Below, piece by piece: positions 59,507-64,000 of a stretch of DNA of 64,000 nucleotides (position 1 is the stretch's first letter; each line of letters begins with the position of its first letter). This DNA is from a virus. The DNA lies in the IMG/VR virus record IMGVR_UViG_3300032050_000061, positions 24,193-88,192 of that record. The stretch is one strand, 5' to 3'. Below the pieces are notes generated by a model. That model had not been told where the DNA came from, ran no database searches, and was given only the letters and a program-made list of their open reading frames with translations. Position numbers and translations under genes: made by a program.

Positions 59507-60055
59507 TTACCAATATCTATAAGCCGGTTCTGATAAACCCAACTGCTTAGCATACTTTGGTAGATTACACGCCCACCATCTTGCGGAGGTTTTATCCTTT
59601 TCGGTATCACAATTGTGTCTCGCCGCAAAAGCCTTACTCGCTTCCAAATCGTTTATCTTCACTTTAAGACCGGTTGTATCTCCCCAAGCTACTTTCTTTA
59701 CACTATCACCATCTTTAACATAAACGTAGAACTTTTTAGGCCCACCTTTTTTAGGCTCATTTAATTCAACCTCTTTTCCCTGATGTTCAGCTTCTAAAAT
59801 AGGAAAATCTAACCATACTTCCTTACCTTCATAAATTCCCTTTTCACCTAAATCAGTTTCTTTTACAAACCACTTATCTTGTGCATTTTCTAAAACTAAC
59901 TTATTCTCATTAAATAGTTCTCTTGCACTTCTAAACATTTCAAAATACTTAGTCGAACCGTATCTATAAATGGATTCGTGAATAGGAGTCCCCACTTTTT
60001 GGTGGTATCTTAACCCTTCATTTATTGTTTCTATATTTTCTGCTATAATTTTCAT
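59507..60055 (-). CDS. Hypothetical phage protein (start probably MKIIAEN at 60055)
   Basis: KKFYVYVKD...FAARHNC...WWAC; late motif at 60059-60067. Confidence 0.75.
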   Translation of the reverse strand: MKIIAENIETINEGLRYHQKVGTPIHESIYRYGSTKYFEMFRSARELFNENKLVLENAQDKWFVKETDLGEKGIYEGKEVWLDFPILEAEHQGKEVELNEPKKGGPKKFYVYVKDGDSVKKVAWGDTTGLKVKINDLEASKAFAARHNCDTEKDKTSARWWACNLPKYAKQLGLSEPAYRYW

Positions 60056-60066
60056 ACATATAAATA

Positions 60067-61653
60067 TTAGAGTAACCATCTTATATCTTCATTTCCATCG
60101 CCAATATTCATTTCATATGGATTTCCTCTCATTCTTTCGTTTGCTGAACCCATAGAAAAACCTGTTGTAGAAATAGAATTGATGGCAACTTTTGCTAAAT
60201 CCATTCTCTCTTGTCTTAAACGAAGTGCGGTATCCCTCACCCATAACCCAATTGAGAATGCCATAACTAAGTCATCGTTGTAACCCCTCATTGCTTCCGC
60301 TCTATTCGTCAGCCATATAAAAGTAAAGAGCTCATCAATCAATCTTAAGGACTGAACCACAACCTCTTTATTTCTGAAGTATTCATCTAATTTGGAAATA
60401 ATTAAAGGTCGAGTTTTAGCAGATGTTGTAAATCCAGCTACCTGCCTTCTTTCTTCCGCATTAAATTTATTTGTATATTGTTTCTCTATATCAATATATT
60501 TGTAATCCTGAGTTTGGTAATAAAGGTTTTGGTAATTTCTGTCGATTACCTGTTGAATTACCGCCCACCCAATATTTGCATTCTCTATTACTAAAAGTGC
60601 ATTATTCCAATCGGTAGCCACGCTAACTAAAAAATTACCGAAATCTTTAGTTTCCATTTTACCCCTATATTCTGCCACCTGCACATTATTCACAACATCA
60701 AAGACATGAAATGTGGAATAATCCGAACCATCGCCTCTCGCCACGTCGGCTACAACCATATATGATTTTTGATAATCTGGATACTCCCATTTCCAATAGT
60801 TTCCATCGAATCCACTTTTTTCTATCGGGTCTTTAACAAATGTTTCCTTATACCACATCAACAATTCGGGTGCAATAACGGTATCACCAGAAGAAATGAA
60901 GTCGCAATCACACTCTTGTGCCGCTAACTTTTCTCCTAATACTTTTGTTTGTTCATCTCTCCACCTTTGGTCTCTCTCAGGATGAACCGTCCAATGCAAA
61001 TAGATTGGATTAAATTCATTTGTTCCTTCTTCTGCTCCCACCCATTGTTGGTGAAACCAGTTACCCACACCATTTGGAGTAGATAATGCTATACAACTAC
61101 CACCGGTTGATAGGGCGGGAGTTGCAGATGCCCAAATTTCATTAATATCTGGAACGAATGCCGCTTCATCGACTACTAAAAGTGATAGGGCTTCAGAACG
61201 ACCTGCATCAGGTGAAGATGGGATAGCTTTTACTTGCGAACCATTTACTAATCGTAGTGAAAGTTTGTTATCTTCCTGTGTTGCAACTTTTAACCAACTA
61301 GGTAAGTTATCATACATAACTCTTACCTTCGTAACGAGATTTTTAGCAACCTCTTGCTTAATAGCGATTACCAACACATTATAATCCTGATTAAAAATCA
61401 TTTTCCACAAAGAATACCCTGCTGTCAAAGTGGATATACCTGTCTGACGTGATTTTAAAACTAAATTATATCGATGGTCTTTAAATTGTAGTAACGTCTT
61501 TTCTTGATAGGGAAACAACTCAAAACGTAGCTTTCCTTTTGTAGGATGTTGAATCTTACAGTATTTGCGCATAAAATATACCGGATCTCCGGCACATTTT
61601 TTGTATTCTTCTCTGATTACATCTTTTAATGATAATCCTTTATCTTGCATCAA
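60067..61653 (-). CDS. Terminase large subunit (gp17-like)
   Basis: KSRQTGIST Walker A, VVDEAAF Walker B, STPNG, ADVARG and DDLVMA. Confidence 0.96.
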   Translation of the reverse strand: MMQDKGLSLKDVIREEYKKCAGDPVYFMRKYCKIQHPTKGKLRFELFPYQEKTLLQFKDHRYNLVLKSRQTGISTLTAGYSLWKMIFNQDYNVLVIAIKQEVAKNLVTKVRVMYDNLPSWLKVATQEDNKLSLRLVNGSQVKAIPSSPDAGRSEALSLLVVDEAAFVPDINEIWASATPALSTGGSCIALSTPNGVGNWFHQQWVGAEEGTNEFNPIYLHWTVHPERDQRWRDEQTKVLGEKLAAQECDCDFISSGDTVIAPELLMWYKETFVKDPIEKSGFDGNYWKWEYPDYQKSYMVVADVARGDGSDYSTFHVFDVVNNVQVAEYRGKMETKDFGNFLVSVATDWNNALLVIENANIGWAVIQQVIDRNYQNLYYQTQDYKYIDIEKQYTNKFNAEERRQVAGFTTSAKTRPLIISKLDEYFRNKEVVVQSLRLIDELFTFIWLTNRAEAMRGYNDDLVMAFSIGLWVRDTALRLRQERMDLAKVAINSISTTGFSMGSANERMRGNPYEMNIGDGNEDIRWLL

Positions 61654-62320
61654 ATAATCTATTTAGAATTGGGTTATCTAAATTTTTTAGTTTAGATTCA
61701 TAAATAACTATATCTTCTTCCAATTCTTTTAATCCCTTTTCGATATTTTGAATTTCTAATTCCATATCCGCTTTCATCTCATCCATCGGTTTTGGTAGAT
61801 GCCAAATCTCAATTCTACCATCTTCCAAAATTTGTTCATAGTGTGGTTTTAATTCCTTGATACCATCTTCGATTTGAGATTTCGCTTCGGTGGCCTGAGC
61901 GACGGCTCTTCTAAATAATCTAAAGTTTTTATACTCTTCAAATATACCCAATTTTTGGGCCTCACTATCCATTTCAACATTACAATCAATACAATAGCCA
62001 GATTCTTTAATCAGAATTTTATCATTTGCACCATACTTTTGTTTTTGACAATTTGAATTGGCACATTCTTCTTTCTTTCTTAAAAACTCTCTAATTGATT
62101 GAAATACCTCGTGATTTTTTCCGGTTTTCAGAACATATCCCTCTTTTTGTTCGTATTGATATGTTTCATCTTCCCATTTTTCCCCAACCTCTCTTTTTAC
62201 ATTTGGGTTGGATTTTTCATATCCGAATGATTTGGAAGGGTCTTCACCTCTAAATACATAATCCACCAATTCGCGGCGGGTTTTATGCATTAAATCTTTT
62301 CTAAATTCTTTTTTTGCCAT
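61640..62320 (-). CDS. Hypothetical protein with possible zinc ribbon
   Basis: CANSNC and CIDC cysteine pairs; coiled-coil C-terminus. Confidence 0.7.
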   Translation of the reverse strand: MAKKEFRKDLMHKTRRELVDYVFRGEDPSKSFGYEKSNPNVKREVGEKWEDETYQYEQKEGYVLKTGKNHEVFQSIREFLRKKEECANSNCQKQKYGANDKILIKESGYCIDCNVEMDSEAQKLGIFEEYKNFRLFRRAVAQATEAKSQIEDGIKELKPHYEQILEDGRIEIWHLPKPMDEMKADMELEIQNIEKGLKELEEDIVIYESKLKNLDNPILNRLFDAR

Positions 62321-62356
62321 AACCTTTATATATGTATATATATTGAAAAATTCCCT

Positions 62357-63184
62357 TTAAGATATTTTTTTAACCTCTATCTTTATTTTTGGAGTATATC
62401 CATCTGGTAAATTTACCTTTATACCCTCAAATGATTCCACTTTATTTTCAAAATAAGATAATTGAAAAATTTTATCAGTAAGGTTTAATACTAATTGGGA
62501 TGAAGTACTCATTTTTTTAGTATCCCTCTTCATATTCAATGGGGAGTCATCCTTATAAAAATTCTTTCTCATTAAAGGCGCAATCAGATTCCAATCCTCT
62601 GCTTTATCCATTTGCTTTTCAGCACTTAATTTTCTTACGATTGAACTTTTATAATCAGGCCCATCGGTGTATCCTGCATCAGTATAATAGTGTCCATGAT
62701 TAGTTCTAACCATAGGGTGTTCTCTATTTATCAAATTTATTTTAGGATTATGTTTGGAAGTAGTTTCTACTGAGATAGTATTTTTAGGTGAACTTATGAA
62801 TGTATGACCTTTAATACCACCTTCATATTGAACTGCATATCTTATAGCTTCTTTTAAATTAGAAGAACCCAATGCTTTCCTTATTTTAGCACCATCCTTT
62901 GATGGTTTACCTTTTTTCTTTACTATCTTTTTTTCTTCCTCATCAAATCCAACCATAAGAGCAGTATTCACAATACCTATCCCATGTTCGTTCATTCCTT
63001 CACTCCAATCGGTTATTATATCATGTAAATAAACTACTTCTACTCCATCGATTAGAGTATGAATAACTTCTAATTGGGGATTGTAAGCTCTATCTCTATT
63101 TTTAGCCAATATAAATTTATCACCAATTTCTTTGGAAACAATTATACATTCACCCAACATTATTTTATCAAATAAATTATTCAT
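62357..63184 (-). CDS. N-terminal nucleophile (Ntn) hydrolase-like protein
   Basis: CIIV...LAKNRDR, EGMNEHGIGIVN and RTNH, typical of C45/C59/NRDE-like Ntn hydrolases. Confidence 0.75.
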   Translation of the reverse strand: MNNLFDKIMLGECIIVSKEIGDKFILAKNRDRAYNPQLEVIHTLIDGVEVVYLHDIITDWSEGMNEHGIGIVNTALMVGFDEEEKKIVKKKGKPSKDGAKIRKALGSSNLKEAIRYAVQYEGGIKGHTFISSPKNTISVETTSKHNPKINLINREHPMVRTNHGHYYTDAGYTDGPDYKSSIVRKLSAEKQMDKAEDWNLIAPLMRKNFYKDDSPLNMKRDTKKMSTSSQLVLNLTDKIFQLSYFENKVESFEGIKVNLPDGYTPKIKIEVKKIS

Positions 63185-63224
63185 TTATGGTCATTTCCTA
63201 TATAAATATTTTAATTCGAAACAA

Positions 63225-63737
63225 TTATTCAAAAACCAAATGTTTATTGAAACTATTTTTTAAAATTTCATTAAATTTTACCTCATTATATTTCACATCA
63301 AACAAAAAAGCTACTCTGGTAGTATTTCCATTGTTTATTACTTTGTGCTCAATTCGTTGTGAATCAAACCAATGAACAACCCCATCTTCAAACTTTATCT
63401 GATGTTCAACCTCATTTAATTTAAAATGGTTTATACATTCAGCATTTGAAATTACCGGCATTATGAATCTTCTATATTCATGTCCACCATCTTTGTGCCA
63501 AAAAAGTCCTCCATCAGGCTGCGCGAAGAAAAGAAAAATGTTATCAAACTCAACCCCGCTAAAAATAGGTAAAACCTCATTATGAAAGTATTTTAATCTA
63601 CTAAACCTACTTACATCGGTATCGAAACTTTCCATTTTTAAATTATCGTTGGAAACTGATGATGTATCATAATAACGATTTATTTCGCCTAATAATTCAT
63701 CACTATCAAATGTTAATTTAGATTTATATAACTCCAT
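63225..63737 (-). CDS. Fe(II)/2OG oxygenase (Asp/Asn beta-hydroxylase-like)
   Basis: WHKD...EHKVINNGNTTRVAFLFD. Confidence 0.75.
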   Translation of the reverse strand: MELYKSKLTFDSDELLGEINRYYDTSSVSNDNLKMESFDTDVSRFSRLKYFHNEVLPIFSGVEFDNIFLFFAQPDGGLFWHKDGGHEYRRFIMPVISNAECINHFKLNEVEHQIKFEDGVVHWFDSQRIEHKVINNGNTTRVAFLFDVKYNEVKFNEILKNSFNKHLVFE

Positions 63738-64000
63738 TATCTACTAAATGTAAAGATTCCTAAAATTTGGTTTAATGGTGCAAATGCCCCTGTCAATTTA
63801 AAAGTGTTTCCTTTGTAAGTAAATACAATACCTTCATTTGGAACTATCTTATCAAATCCTCCCAACGCTTCAATTCTTGCCAACTCAATTCCTAATTTAT
63901 CCAAATTCTTAGCATCCCCGGTAGCTCTAATTGAATTAATAGCGGTTTCCAATCTACCTACCATTTGTTGTTTAGCCGCATCAGGATTTACCGTCAATAC
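63737..64000 (-). CDS. C-terminal fragment of a phage protein with ligase-like motifs; start lies beyond the window
   Basis: EGIVF...FKLTG motif; frame open to the window edge. Confidence 0.55.
   Translation of the reverse strand, partial: VLTVNPDAAKQQMVGRLETAINSIRATGDAKNLDKLGIELARIEALGGFDKIVPNEGIVFTYKGNTFKLTGAFAPLNQILGIFTFSR

Noticed and set aside
13033-63209. Plus-strand TATAAATA as true T4 late promoters driving antisense transcripts
   Set aside because: Copies sit consistently just upstream of minus-strand starts with no plus-strand genes to serve, so the sense-strand reading ATATTTATA is more parsimonious
2827-63375. About 50 plus-strand ORFs in the six-frame track, e.g. 26189-26767, 27173-27763 and 53338-53946
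   Set aside because: They lie antisense to well-supported minus-strand genes, have no recognisable motifs and look like shadow frames from codon bias
1-64000. Stop-codon reassignment, tRNA genes, group I introns or a diversity-generating retroelement
   Set aside because: Core genes translate full length in the standard code. I saw no cloverleaf, no interrupted core gene and no reverse transcriptase; tRNAscan and Infernal were not run

Overview
The window is a 64 kb, AT-rich segment of a large T4-like myovirus. Every credible gene is on the minus strand. Read in transcription order (right to left), it holds packaging and head genes (terminase, portal, prohead protease, a phage-encoded ribosomal protein bS21, scaffold, major capsid) and neck genes. 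Next come a tail-fibre block, sheath, tube, tail chaperones, tape measure and baseplate genes. A replication and nucleotide block follows: a short PolA, Nmad1, dCMP deaminase, gp32 SSB, RecA/UvsX, a 5'-3' exonuclease, DnaB helicase, two DNA methyltransferases, NrdB/NrdA, thioredoxin, and a PolB that runs off the left edge. Eight TTGG-N19-TAnnTTT(G/A) promoters and A-rich starts lacking Shine-Dalgarno sequences point to a Bacteroidota host. The most notable observations are: (1) an ORF with no start codon, joined to the gp26-like chaperone through a U7 slippery site, implying a +1/-2 frameshift; (2) a non-splicing Hint domain inside a tail-fibre-associated protein; (3) a GT4 glycosyltransferase among virion proteins rich in [S/T]-G-S motifs, suggesting virion glycosylation; (4) structured RNA leaders ahead of a fibre gene and the scaffold/capsid operon; (5) a late-gene motif, ATATTTATA, which is the reverse complement of the T4 late promoter; (6) a 1407-aa multi-enzyme protein and an Ntn hydrolase that may be activated by the prohead protease. 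Protein calls come from motif recognition only; no database searches were run.
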